From NCBI GenBank assembly GCA_030626465.1, contig DAOUOU010000003.1, forward strand, positions 1-33,262: 33,262 nucleotides of DNA, written 5' to 3'. Positions 20,579 to 29,554 of the stretch are shown here, piece by piece. Origin of the DNA: Bacteroidales bacterium (GTDB lineage: Bacteria; Bacteroidota; Bacteroidia; Bacteroidales; UBA10428). The notes under the pieces are model-generated. The model made no database searches, was not told the origin of the DNA, and saw only the letters and a list, made by a program, of their open reading frames with translations. Position 1 is the first letter of the stretch. Each line of letters opens with the position of its first letter. Position numbers and translations under genes: made by a program.

Positions 20579-20701
20579 TTGAAAACAGATCTTAAATACC
20601 ATAGATTTTTATATGTGTTAGCTGTCTCTCTAATCCTGACATCCTATTTAGATGGACAAGCAACCGGGGATGCGAAAGAGGATTTCCTGATGCCTTTCTA
20701 A
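20579..20701 (+). pseudogene. Probable remnant (signal peptide plus first helix) of a fifth TPR-PD40 paralog
   Basis: TTG 20579 to TAA 20701 encodes MKTDLKYHRFLYVLAVSLILTSYLDG-QATGDAKEDFLMPF. AKEDFL resembles the mature N-termini LKEYFIDA and TKELFIEA of the paralogs. Confidence 0.5.
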
Positions 20702-20752
20702 GAACTATAGTTACTGTCCAGAATTATTCAGGAGAATAAAATAGATGGAGCT

Positions 20753-21286
20753 ATGAAGAAAAAAAAGAAAATAAATCTTAGAGCGCTCGAAGCTGAGGAT
20801 ATTGGCTTGCTTTACGAGTGGGAGAATGATAAACGAATATGGCAAGTGAGCAATACCATTACTCCGTTTTCAAAATTTATCCTGCAAAAATATCTTGATA
20901 ATTCTCACATGGATATTTATCAGGCAAAACAACTGAGATTAATGATCGATCTTGCTGAAGGCGATTCAAAGAGAACAGTTGGAGCAATTGACCTTTTTGA
21001 CTTTGATCCTTTTCATCTGAGAGCAGGTGTTGGAATTCTAATAGGGGGAGAAGCAGACCGCAATAAGGGGATTGCTACTATGGCCATGGAGGAACTTATC
21101 AATTATTCTTTTAACATTCTTCACCTACATCAGCTATACTGTAATATTTCTGCAAAAAATAAAGCAAGCTTGAGTGTATTCAAAAAAGCAGGATTTAGTA
21201 TTTGTGGCACAAAAAGAGAATGGTTGAAGTCACATGAAGGATTTGTTGATGAAGTTTTACTTCAACTAATCAATTCAAGTTATTAA
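20753..21286 (+). CDS. GNAT N-acetyltransferase (RimJ/RimL/SpeG-like)
   Basis: INLRALEAEDI..LYEWEND, GAIDLFDFDP, RNKGIATMAM, LHQLYCNI..NKASL..FKKAGF. Confidence 0.92.
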   Translation: MKKKKKINLRALEAEDIGLLYEWENDKRIWQVSNTITPFSKFILQKYLDNSHMDIYQAKQLRLMIDLAEGDSKRTVGAIDLFDFDPFHLRAGVGILIGGEADRNKGIATMAMEELINYSFNILHLHQLYCNISAKNKASLSVFKKAGFSICGTKREWLKSHEGFVDEVLLQLINSSY

Positions 21287-21422
21287 CATTTTTAATAAGT
21301 TAAATAAACAAATTCAAATATTATTTATAACTTAAGTGCATTAACAGCATAATATGGTTTGCACTGGGAAAGGAAATACTCCTGCTTCTATAAAATATCA
21401 ATTACCCTTGAGCCTTATTATT

Positions 21423-23006
21423 ATGAGAAGGAAAGTTATTGAGTACATTATACTGATTTTTATTTGCTCATGTTCTTTTCAAGCAAAAGCTCAGAGTCTG
21501 ATCGCTTTAAAGGATTATGTTATCAAAAAAGACAAATTTGCAGTCGATAAGGCCATTGACAAAATAAAAGAGGCAGGAGAACTCACGCAGGAAGCCAATA
21601 ATTACTATAATGAGGCATTGGAACTACAATCGAATTATAAGCTTGATGAACAGACACTTCAGAAAAAGTTAGCAAAGGTTGAGAAGAAGGCACTGGAAAC
21701 CCAGATGAAAGCAGATAAAATCTATACTTCTGCCTATAAGTCTTTGTATGAAATATGCCAGAAAACTCTACAAGCCACTGGCACTGTTACTTATGGTGAT
21801 GCGGATAGTTTTATAGAAACAGCCGAAGAAATGATGAATAATGCTTCATCAAAAAGAAAGGAAGCATCGGGTGTTACTAATCCATATGAAAAAGCAGCAA
21901 TGCTGAATGATGCAGCAGGAATGGAAAATACTGCAATTGAGAATATGATCGTGGCGTTTAAGGCACAGGCAGGAGAAGATGTTACATCGGCTATGGCAGA
22001 ATCAACTGCTGAGGAATATTATGATTACCAGGAAGAAAGTTATGCCTCTTCTCAGGAAGAGTCATATACCAGTGAGGTATATCAAGTTAGTGAAAATCTG
22101 GCAATCGACAAGAATATAATCCAAAAGTATGAGGATTATGTATCAGACGAATCTATACCTGATCCAATAATGATAAATCGTTCAGGAGTAGTTGGAGTAT
22201 CTGAAGCATCGGTAGATCAGGCAAGGATAATTCTTCATGAGTACACAACAGGAGATATCAGTGCAATGTATACGGACAAAGAACCTTCATTGGCTATCCT
22301 GGATTCCATTAGCAGCATAACTCAGACAGAAGAAGTCACTGGTACTATTGATGATGAATATGCAAGTCAGTACGAGGAGAGAATCATAGAGATGGAGGAG
22401 CCTACCGAAGCAAGAGAAGTTTTTGACATAAGTTATGTGACGCAATCTAAAGGGGTTCGGTTCATGGTGCAATTGGCGGCAAGCAGAATCCCTCTTAATC
22501 GTGCTCAGATGTGGGCTATTTATCCGGGCAATCTTACCATTGGAGTTATCAGAGAAGATAACTGGTACAAGTATCGCATAACAGGATTCAGACTTTTTTC
22601 AGAGGCAAACCGGGTTGCAATTAAATCAGGTGTTAAATATGCCTGGGTTTTATCATCAAACGATGGGATCTTAATAAACCTTGTAGAGGCAAGAGACATG
22701 ACGAGGGTTTTGGAAGCTGATGTAAAACGGAGAGGTAGAGGTGTTATTGAAAATGAAACTGATTTCTTTGTGCAGGTTTTGGCTTCCAAAATAAGACTAA
22801 ACGAGCAGGAGATGAATAGCCATTGCGGTTATTCAGGCCGTTGCAGAGAAATAATTGAAGAAGGATGGTTCAAATATCAAATTTATGCTGGCACATCTTA
22901 CCAGGAGGCGCTCTCGTTGAAAAATGAGATTACCGGTAAGTCATTTATTGTTACATATAAAGCCGGATCTAAACAAAATCTATATAAAGCTATACATAAC
23001 AAGTAA
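21423..23006 (+). CDS. Secreted protein with a helical N-domain, acidic linker and two C-terminal SPOR-like domains
   Basis: ATG 21423 (ORF track 21354) gives a signal peptide ending AKA-Q; two repeats FMVQLAAS...WYKYRI..F..FSEA and FFVQVLAS...WFKYQI....YQEA. Confidence 0.75.
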   Translation: MRRKVIEYIILIFICSCSFQAKAQSLIALKDYVIKKDKFAVDKAIDKIKEAGELTQEANNYYNEALELQSNYKLDEQTLQKKLAKVEKKALETQMKADKIYTSAYKSLYEICQKTLQATGTVTYGDADSFIETAEEMMNNASSKRKEASGVTNPYEKAAMLNDAAGMENTAIENMIVAFKAQAGEDVTSAMAESTAEEYYDYQEESYASSQEESYTSEVYQVSENLAIDKNIIQKYEDYVSDESIPDPIMINRSGVVGVSEASVDQARIILHEYTTGDISAMYTDKEPSLAILDSISSITQTEEVTGTIDDEYASQYEERIIEMEEPTEAREVFDISYVTQSKGVRFMVQLAASRIPLNRAQMWAIYPGNLTIGVIREDNWYKYRITGFRLFSEANRVAIKSGVKYAWVLSSNDGILINLVEARDMTRVLEADVKRRGRGVIENETDFFVQVLASKIRLNEQEMNSHCGYSGRCREIIEEGWFKYQIYAGTSYQEALSLKNEITGKSFIVTYKAGSKQNLYKAIHNK

Positions 23007-23025
23007 TTACTTTAAATCTATTGAT

Positions 23026-23811
23026 ATGGAACGTATTTACAACCAACGGATTAGAATGCTGATTTTTGCTATTTTACCAGTAGCACTGGTAATGACCTCT
23101 TGTGTTTCACAAAAGAAAGTGAAACTGATTCAGGAAAGAGTAAACAAGGAAATGACCACTCAATTTGAGAATCCTCGTACTACTACTTACCGGATTCAAA
23201 CCGGGGATCATATATACATTCGTGTGTATAGTGTAGATCCTAAGACAAGTAAATTTTTTCAGTCGGATTTTCCTTACCTGATGAATTCAACATACCAATA
23301 CTTAAATACTTATGTTGTTGATGAGTTTGGATATATCTCCTTCTCATTTATCGAGAAATTGTATGTAAAAGGATTAACCATTCAGGAAGTTCAACAATCT
23401 ATCCAGACGCAGCTCGATGAGTATTTTAAGGAAGCAACTGCTTATGTGAAGCTTGTAAATTTTCAGGTTGGCGTTCTGGGAGATGTTAACTCACCCGGAA
23501 ATTATACGATTGAACAAGACCAGATCAATGTATTTCAGGCTATTGGTCTTGCTGGCGGAATAACAGATTTTGGAAATTATAAAGAAGTAAAAATAATAAG
23601 ACAAACTCAAAACGGATCAGAGGTTTATATTCTTGATTTAACAGATAACCGAATTCTTGAATCACCTTATTATTATATGTTGCCTAATGATGTACTCTAT
23701 ATTGAACCTCGAAATTCTAAATCGTGGGCATATAGTAAGTTTCCATATCAAACCTTATTTTACTTCTTTTCTGTGGCTATTTTAGGTGCTGCTTTGTATT
23801 TAAACTACTAA
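23026..23811 (+). CDS. wza: Polysaccharide export outer-membrane lipoprotein (Wza/OPX family)
   Basis: Likely start ATG 23026; lipobox MTS-C; YRIQTGDHI, YVVDEFGYI, VGVLGDVNSPG, AIGLAGGITDFG and PNDVLYIEP. Confidence 0.92.
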   Translation: MERIYNQRIRMLIFAILPVALVMTSCVSQKKVKLIQERVNKEMTTQFENPRTTTYRIQTGDHIYIRVYSVDPKTSKFFQSDFPYLMNSTYQYLNTYVVDEFGYISFSFIEKLYVKGLTIQEVQQSIQTQLDEYFKEATAYVKLVNFQVGVLGDVNSPGNYTIEQDQINVFQAIGLAGGITDFGNYKEVKIIRQTQNGSEVYILDLTDNRILESPYYYMLPNDVLYIEPRNSKSWAYSKFPYQTLFYFFSVAILGAALYLNY

Positions 23812-23826
23812 TGCTGGGGTATCTTA

Positions 23827-26223
23827 ATGAATGATGAGAATCTGATAGCGGTTGAGGAGCAGGGTATTGATTTACAAAAATGGCTTAGACTTTTTTTACA
23901 CAACTGGCTGCTTTTTTTCATCAGTGTTTTAATTGCGCTGATAGCTGCAGTTGTCTTTATCAGACTTTCAACAACTCAATATGAGTTAACAACTCACGTT
24001 CTGGTAAATAAAGAGCATAATCCGCTGGATAAATCAGAGCTTTTCTCTACGCTTTATACAGATCCATATCAATTAGAAAACGAAAAGGGTGTATTAAGGG
24101 CCAAAACAATCACAAGCCGGACTTTACAACAATTGGATTTTCAAACCAGCTACTATGTTAACCAGCGATTCAACAAAGTAGAATTATACAACAACACTCC
24201 AATTACGGTTGAGATGGATACTACCCATCTTCAACCTCTTGGGATCTACTTTTCAGCAATATTCTTAAGTGATACTTTAATAGAACTTGAGGCAGAAGGT
24301 GAGGATGTCGTTTTGTACGATTTCTCAAACAATCAGGTGCAACAAATAATACCTGAATTCAAATTTTCAGATACAGTGAAATTTGGGCAGATAACAGGCA
24401 ATTCCTATTGCAGGTTTACGATCTTGCCTGGATATGCTTATGTCACAAACCAGGATTTAGACAAGAATTACCTTTACAGATTTCATTCATTGAGTGAACT
24501 GATTCGTACGTTTCGTCATTTCAAAATTGAAAACGATCGTGGTTCTTCCATATTAACAGTTTCTTTTCGATACAGACATCCACAAAAAGCAGCCGATTTT
24601 TTAAACAAACTGATCAGGGAATATTTGGTCAGGGGGGTTGAACGTGATAATCAGATTGCCGAAGCAACAATTCGGTTTATCGATGCACAATTGATAGATA
24701 TTGTTGACTCTTTGCATCTATCAGGCGAACGTCTGCAAGATTTCCAGTCTTCCAAACAGGTATTGGATATTGGTTTTCAGGCAGAGAAGGTATACACAAA
24801 GCTTGAAGTTCTTGAAGCAGAAAGAGCCAAATTGCTGGTTAAAAAGAGATATTTTAATTATTTGCTTCAAAACCTTCAGACCAAGTCGGATATAAATGAC
24901 TTAATAGCACCTACTACACTCGAAATTAATGACCCGGTATTAAACAATCTTATTATAGAGCTGGCAGATCTTTATAGCGAAAGAGCTGAAATTTCCTTTA
25001 TTTCTATTAAGAACAATCCCTATCTAAGCTCTCTTGAAGTGCAGATTAACAATACAAGACGCAAGCTGATGGATGCTGCACGAACAGTTCTCGAAGCAAC
25101 CGAAATAACCATTGAAGAAACCGATGCCCAGATTTACAGTGCGGAGCAGACATTAAATCGTTTGCCAAAAGATCAACAGCAGTTATTGAATATAGAACGT
25201 AAATTTAAATTGAATGATGAGCTTTATACCTATCTGCTTACCCGCCGATCGGAGATGGAAATTTTTAAAGCATCCAATTTGCCCGCAAATGAGATTCTTG
25301 ATCGGGCTGATCCCGATGATGCCCAGGCTGTATCACCGAATGTGAGATTGAATCTTATTGTTGCATTGATGCTCGGATTCTTTTTTCCCGGAGCGTTGAT
25401 CTATCTTCGTGAGACACTGAATAATAAGATACGTACCAGGGAAGATATACAAAAGCTTTCTGCTTTACCAATTATTGGACAGGTCATTGATTCAAAATTT
25501 AGTTTTTTCCCGGCCGTGCTGAGTAAGCCAAATTCTGTATTAACAGAATCGTATCGTACATTGCGGACCAACCTTCAATTTGTAATTGATGAAGCCGTAT
25601 CGAATGCTGTACTGATAACATCAGCAATTCAAGGCGAGGGAAAAAGTTTTACTGCTTTGAATTTAGCATCTGTATACGCCTTTTATGGAAAGAAAACAGT
25701 ATTGGTTGATTTTGACTTAAGAAAATCGCAGCTAAAAGAAAATCTTGGAATAGAAAAAGATATGGGTTTAAGCAATTATCTTAGTAAAAATGCCGACTAC
25801 AAAGAGATAATATACACGAATGATAAAATAAACTTTGATCTCATACTCTCTGGTCCTGTTCCGCCAAATCCATCGGAACTGATCGCTTCATCACAAACTG
25901 ATATTCTTTTTGATAAGATGAGAAAGGATTATGATCTGATAATTATTGATTCTCCTCCTTTGGGAGTAGTATCAGATGCACTTCTCATATACCCTCATAC
26001 CGATATTTCATTATTGGTAGTTCGATACAATTTTACTTCAATGGAAGTGTTTGAAAATGTTATAGAAGATCTGAAAACTCGCAAAATAGAAAAAATCAAT
26101 ATAATCTTAAACGATGTAATCATTTCCAAATCAAAGTATGGCTATGGCTATGGTTATGGATACGGGTACGGTTATCTTGAAAGCAGGCAGAGAAAAAAAA
26201 GATTTTGGAGCAAAAGGCAATAA
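23827..26223 (+). CDS. wzc: Polysaccharide copolymerase / BY-kinase (Wzc, GumC family)
   Basis: Two TMs flanking a coiled-coil; ESYRTLRTNL, Walker A SAIQGEGKS, VDFDLRK, PPNPSEL and IIIDSPP; C-terminal (YG)6Y cluster at 26137-26175. Confidence 0.95.
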   Translation: MNDENLIAVEEQGIDLQKWLRLFLHNWLLFFISVLIALIAAVVFIRLSTTQYELTTHVLVNKEHNPLDKSELFSTLYTDPYQLENEKGVLRAKTITSRTLQQLDFQTSYYVNQRFNKVELYNNTPITVEMDTTHLQPLGIYFSAIFLSDTLIELEAEGEDVVLYDFSNNQVQQIIPEFKFSDTVKFGQITGNSYCRFTILPGYAYVTNQDLDKNYLYRFHSLSELIRTFRHFKIENDRGSSILTVSFRYRHPQKAADFLNKLIREYLVRGVERDNQIAEATIRFIDAQLIDIVDSLHLSGERLQDFQSSKQVLDIGFQAEKVYTKLEVLEAERAKLLVKKRYFNYLLQNLQTKSDINDLIAPTTLEINDPVLNNLIIELADLYSERAEISFISIKNNPYLSSLEVQINNTRRKLMDAARTVLEATEITIEETDAQIYSAEQTLNRLPKDQQQLLNIERKFKLNDELYTYLLTRRSEMEIFKASNLPANEILDRADPDDAQAVSPNVRLNLIVALMLGFFFPGALIYLRETLNNKIRTREDIQKLSALPIIGQVIDSKFSFFPAVLSKPNSVLTESYRTLRTNLQFVIDEAVSNAVLITSAIQGEGKSFTALNLASVYAFYGKKTVLVDFDLRKSQLKENLGIEKDMGLSNYLSKNADYKEIIYTNDKINFDLILSGPVPPNPSELIASSQTDILFDKMRKDYDLIIIDSPPLGVVSDALLIYPHTDISLLVVRYNFTSMEVFENVIEDLKTRKIEKINIILNDVIISKSKYGYGYGYGYGYGYLESRQRKKRFWSKRQ

Positions 26224-26228
26224 GATCA

Positions 26229-26681
26229 TCATAATATACTGAAACGAGGGATCTCTTTCAGAAAATCGAAAGTATTTTCAGCATCATTTAACTTACAACA
26301 GTAATGTTTCATTCCGTTCGTTACGAGTAAGTAGTTGGCCTTTATTGAAATATTGTACAATGATATCTGGTCGAATGTATCCTGGTTTACAGCTATTTCA
26401 GGAGCTTTACATTCAATAAGCATAAGGGCATGACCATTTCGATCATATACCAATGCATCATATCGGCGTATCTGTCGATTCACTTTAATGGCTGCTTCAG
26501 TGGATATTAACGAAGGGGGATAATCCTTTTCTTGTATAAGGAACTGCAATATATTCTGACGAACCCATTCTTCCGGGGTAAGTAAAACAAACTTTTTTCG
26601 ATACGGATCATAGATCTGCTGTTTATCATTTTCTGACAGAGTGATAGTAAAAGAATATTCCGGCAGATTCAACTTTTTCAT
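26229..26681 (-). CDS. Stand-alone type I restriction HsdR N-terminal-like domain protein (HSDR_N_2)
   Basis: Start likely ATG 26681 (MKKLNLP); RKKFVLLTPEEWVRQ, RYDALV, IECKAP, QISLYN and LVTNG. Confidence 0.9.
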   Translation of the reverse strand: MKKLNLPEYSFTITLSENDKQQIYDPYRKKFVLLTPEEWVRQNILQFLIQEKDYPPSLISTEAAIKVNRQIRRYDALVYDRNGHALMLIECKAPEIAVNQDTFDQISLYNISIKANYLLVTNGMKHYCCKLNDAENTFDFLKEIPRFSIL

Positions 26682-26761
26682 TTTTGCGTAAGGATAATTC
26701 ATTTTGTGAACGGCAAATTAATAATCTTTTTCTATTTTTAGCCCGTTTGAAATTCACTGTG

Positions 26762-27763
26762 ATGACCTTTGAAAAAATATTTAGTGACCTTCAGAATAAA
26801 GTATATGCTCCCATCTATCTGTTAATGGGTGAAGAGCCTTATTACATTGATCAGATCAGTGAATACATTGTTTCGAATGTCCTGACAGATGAGGAGAAAG
26901 CATTTAATCAGACAATATTGTATGGAAGAGAAATCGATGCTGCGGCAATAACAGATGCTGCAAAACGTTTTCCCATGATGTCGGAATGCCAGGTAGTGGT
27001 AGTACGGGAGGCACAAAATATAGGAAACATCGATGATCTTGTTTATTATGCTTCAGATCCCTTAAAATCAACAATACTGGTTTTAAACTATAAGTACAAG
27101 AATCTCGATAAGCGAAAAAAACTGTACAAAGTGATTGAAAAAACGGGAATCATTTTCGAATCAAAAAAAATCTATGAAGACAAGGTTCCGGGATGGATCA
27201 ACGAACATCTTAAAAAAAAGGGTTATACCATTCAACCTCCTGCAGCAAGCTTGCTTACTGAATATTTGGGCAACGATCTTCAAAAAATTGATATGGAGTT
27301 GGGGAAACTGATCATTACACTTCCAAAAAACGAAAAGCAAATTACCACATTTCATATTGAAGAGAATATAGGCATAAGCAAAGAATTCAATACTATTGAA
27401 CTTCAGAAAGCATTGGTAGAGAAAAATGCCTTGAAGGCTTTCAGGATTGTGAATTATTTTGGGCATAATCAGAAAAATAATCCCATCACCGTAACCATTA
27501 CATCTTTGTATTTTTTCTTTAGCAAAGTGTTCTTATATTCAGTTCTTAAGGATAAGTCCCGTCAGAATATTGCTGAGAAACTTAAAATCCATCCTTACTT
27601 CCTTACCGAATACCAGAAGGCAGCTCGTGTTTTTAATCCGGCTGAAACGGCACGAATTATTCACTGGCTTCGTGAATACGATTTGAAATCCAAGGGAGTC
27701 GGGAATCTCTCAGGCACTCCACATGATTTACTTAACGAGTTAATATATAAAATTCTTAATTGA
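26762..27763 (+). CDS. holA: DNA polymerase III delta subunit
   Basis: Likely start ATG 26762; PIYLLMGEEPYYID, AFNQTILYG, AKRFPMM..QVVVVREAQ, IGISKEFN and YDLKSKGV. Confidence 0.95.
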   Translation: MTFEKIFSDLQNKVYAPIYLLMGEEPYYIDQISEYIVSNVLTDEEKAFNQTILYGREIDAAAITDAAKRFPMMSECQVVVVREAQNIGNIDDLVYYASDPLKSTILVLNYKYKNLDKRKKLYKVIEKTGIIFESKKIYEDKVPGWINEHLKKKGYTIQPPAASLLTEYLGNDLQKIDMELGKLIITLPKNEKQITTFHIEENIGISKEFNTIELQKALVEKNALKAFRIVNYFGHNQKNNPITVTITSLYFFFSKVFLYSVLKDKSRQNIAEKLKIHPYFLTEYQKAARVFNPAETARIIHWLREYDLKSKGVGNLSGTPHDLLNELIYKILN

Positions 27764-27772
27764 GGATAAGAT

Positions 27773-28393
27773 ATGACTGTACTCATTATTGCAATTACAA
27801 TACTTATTTCTGTACTGGCCTTTAATAACCGGACTTTATTCTCTCGTCTGCAGTTTAATGCTTATCAGATCTATTACCGCAGAGAATTTTACAGACTTTT
27901 AAGTCATGGTTTTGTGCATGCAAACTGGTGGCACCTGCTTATCAATATGCTTGTTTTGTATTTCTTTGGAGGGTATGTTGAGCAGACATTAAAAATACTT
28001 TCTGTGCAAGGCATGTTAAAATATCCATTACTTGTATATCTGATCCTGTATCTTTCCGCCATCGTTTTTGCCTCAAGTATCAGCCTGGTAAGGCACAAAG
28101 ATAATCATTGGTACAATTCGGTCGGAGCCTCGGGAGCAGTCTCGGCAGTGGTTTTTTTCAGTATCTTTTTTGAGCCATGGAAGAAACTATACCTTTATGG
28201 CGTGCTGGGTATACCGGGGATCGTATTCGCTGTTCTTTACCTGATATATGCGCAATATATGTCGCGCCGGGGAGGAGACAACATCAATCACGACGCACAC
28301 TTCCTGGGGGCTGTTTTCGGCTTTGTTTTTCCTCTTTTTATTGATATGAACTTGTTCAAATACTTTCTTTCCCAGCTGGGAGGGATTTTTTGA
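27773..28393 (+). CDS. Rhomboid family intramembrane serine protease
   Basis: YRLLSHGFVHANWWHLLINM, catalytic GASG and HDAHFLGA. Confidence 0.95.
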   Translation: MTVLIIAITILISVLAFNNRTLFSRLQFNAYQIYYRREFYRLLSHGFVHANWWHLLINMLVLYFFGGYVEQTLKILSVQGMLKYPLLVYLILYLSAIVFASSISLVRHKDNHWYNSVGASGAVSAVVFFSIFFEPWKKLYLYGVLGIPGIVFAVLYLIYAQYMSRRGGDNINHDAHFLGAVFGFVFPLFIDMNLFKYFLSQLGGIF

Positions 28394-28450
28394 TATTTTG
28401 CTACAGCATTAAAGTCGTGGCAAAGGATAAAAAGATATTTATTTTCATTA

Positions 28451-28575
28451 GAATTTCTATAACTACTCAGTGTCTTAAGTGCCTAAAGTACTTAAAGTGC
28501 CTGAAATACTTAGAGTGCCTGAAATACTTAGAGTGCCTAAAGTACTTTAAGTACTGATTTGTTACGAATTTCTAT
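28451..28575. mobile_element. Putative MITE-like insertion carrying the 9-bp array
   Basis: Direct repeat GAATTTCTAT at 28451-60 and 28566-75. Imperfect inverted ends TAACTACTCAGT (28460-71) and ACTGATTTGTTA (28553-64) match at 10 of 12 positions. Confidence 0.4.
28469..28558. repeat. Tandem array of ten 9-bp units with 18-bp higher-order periodicity
   Basis: AGTGTCTTA AGTGCCTAA AGTACTTAA AGTGCCTGA AATACTTAG AGTGCCTGA AATACTTAG AGTGCCTAA AGTACTTTA AGTACTGAT. Confidence 0.9.
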
Positions 28576-28666
28576 TGCCCGGACTTTAAAGCCTGTGCAA
28601 CATGATATAGCATGCAACAGATCATCTTATGCCCTGGAAAAATTGTTTATTCCTCGATTGGATTGC

Positions 28667-28674
28667 TAATTTTG
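28667..28674 (+). promoter_or_regulatory. Putative -7 promoter element
   Basis: TAATTTTG with an ATTG -33-like element at 28642-45 (21-nt spacer), upstream of ATG 28703. Confidence 0.5.
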
Positions 28675-28702
28675 TAAGGCATTTTCATATTTATTTTTCT
28701 CC

Positions 28703-29554
28703 ATGCAAGCAAGATACATCTGCCTGAACGGAAAATTCTTACTCAGTACAGAGAATACTCTGCTGCACAACAACCGTGCATTCTGTTACGGAGATGCCTT
28801 ATTTGAAACAATACATTGTCTGGGAACAGAGCCGCAGTTTTTTGAAAGGCACTGGACAAGACTTTTGCATGGTATGAAGCTATTAAAAATGGAAGCTGGC
28901 AGTGATTTTATACAGGAAACGATTCGGTATTCTGTTGAGAAACTTCTGAATAAAAACCGGATCTTTAAAGGGGCACGAATACGGTTCATGATATTTCGCG
29001 ACCATGGTGGATTGTACACCCCGGAAAAAAATTCGGTTTCATGGTTGATGGAATCCTCAGTGCTTGAACACGAGAGGTACGAACTAAACACGAAAGGTAT
29101 GGTAGTTGGTATTTACGATGGTGTGTATAAACCTGCAAATAAGCTCTCAAACCTGAAAACAACAAATGCATTAATATATATACTTGCCGGATTGTATTGC
29201 AAAGAAAATGATCTGGATGAATGTTTTGTCTTAAATCAATATAGTCGAATCGCGGAGTGCATAAGTTCTAATGTATTCCTTGTAGTTGAAGATGAAATTG
29301 TAACCCCTGCATTGTCAGAGGGATGTATTGCCGGAGTTATGCGACAGATAGTAATTGATACTGCTTCCTCAAAAGATTACAAGCTCAGCGAACGGGCAAT
29401 TTCAGGAAAAGACCTGATCAAAGCCGAGGAAATTTTCATCACTAATGCCATACAGGGAATCAGATGGGTAGTGGCCTATAAGGATCGCAGGTATTTTAAC
29501 TTTATCGCAAGGAGACTTATCTCTTCTTTGAACGAGATGGCATTTAGTACTTAA
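28703..29554 (+). CDS. Aminotransferase class IV (PabC / branched-chain / D-amino-acid aminotransferase-like)
   Basis: NRAFCYGDALFET, HWTRL, PLP Lys in NLKTTN, ECISSNVF, GCIAGVMR and EEIFITNA. Confidence 0.93.
   Translation: MQARYICLNGKFLLSTENTLLHNNRAFCYGDALFETIHCLGTEPQFFERHWTRLLHGMKLLKMEAGSDFIQETIRYSVEKLLNKNRIFKGARIRFMIFRDHGGLYTPEKNSVSWLMESSVLEHERYELNTKGMVVGIYDGVYKPANKLSNLKTTNALIYILAGLYCKENDLDECFVLNQYSRIAECISSNVFLVVEDEIVTPALSEGCIAGVMRQIVIDTASSKDYKLSERAISGKDLIKAEEIFITNAIQGIRWVVAYKDRRYFNFIARRLISSLNEMAFST

Noticed and set aside
22924-23025. Long overlap of the wza ORF with the upstream gene (also holA 26684-26761 with HSDR_N)
   Set aside because: These are artefacts of longest-ORF calling; downstream ATGs at 23026, 26762 and 26681 give proper N-termini without overlap.
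26137-26175. (YG)n DNA repeat as a phase-variable tract
   Set aside because: It is the standard BY-kinase tyrosine cluster and uses varied codons.
26229-26681. HsdR N-terminal protein as a restriction or defence system
   Set aside because: There is no hsdM, hsdS or helicase domain, and a small HSDR_N gene beside holA is a common Bacteroidota housekeeping arrangement.
28469-28558. Repeat array as CRISPR
   Set aside because: The units are contiguous 9-mers with no unique spacers, and there are no cas genes.
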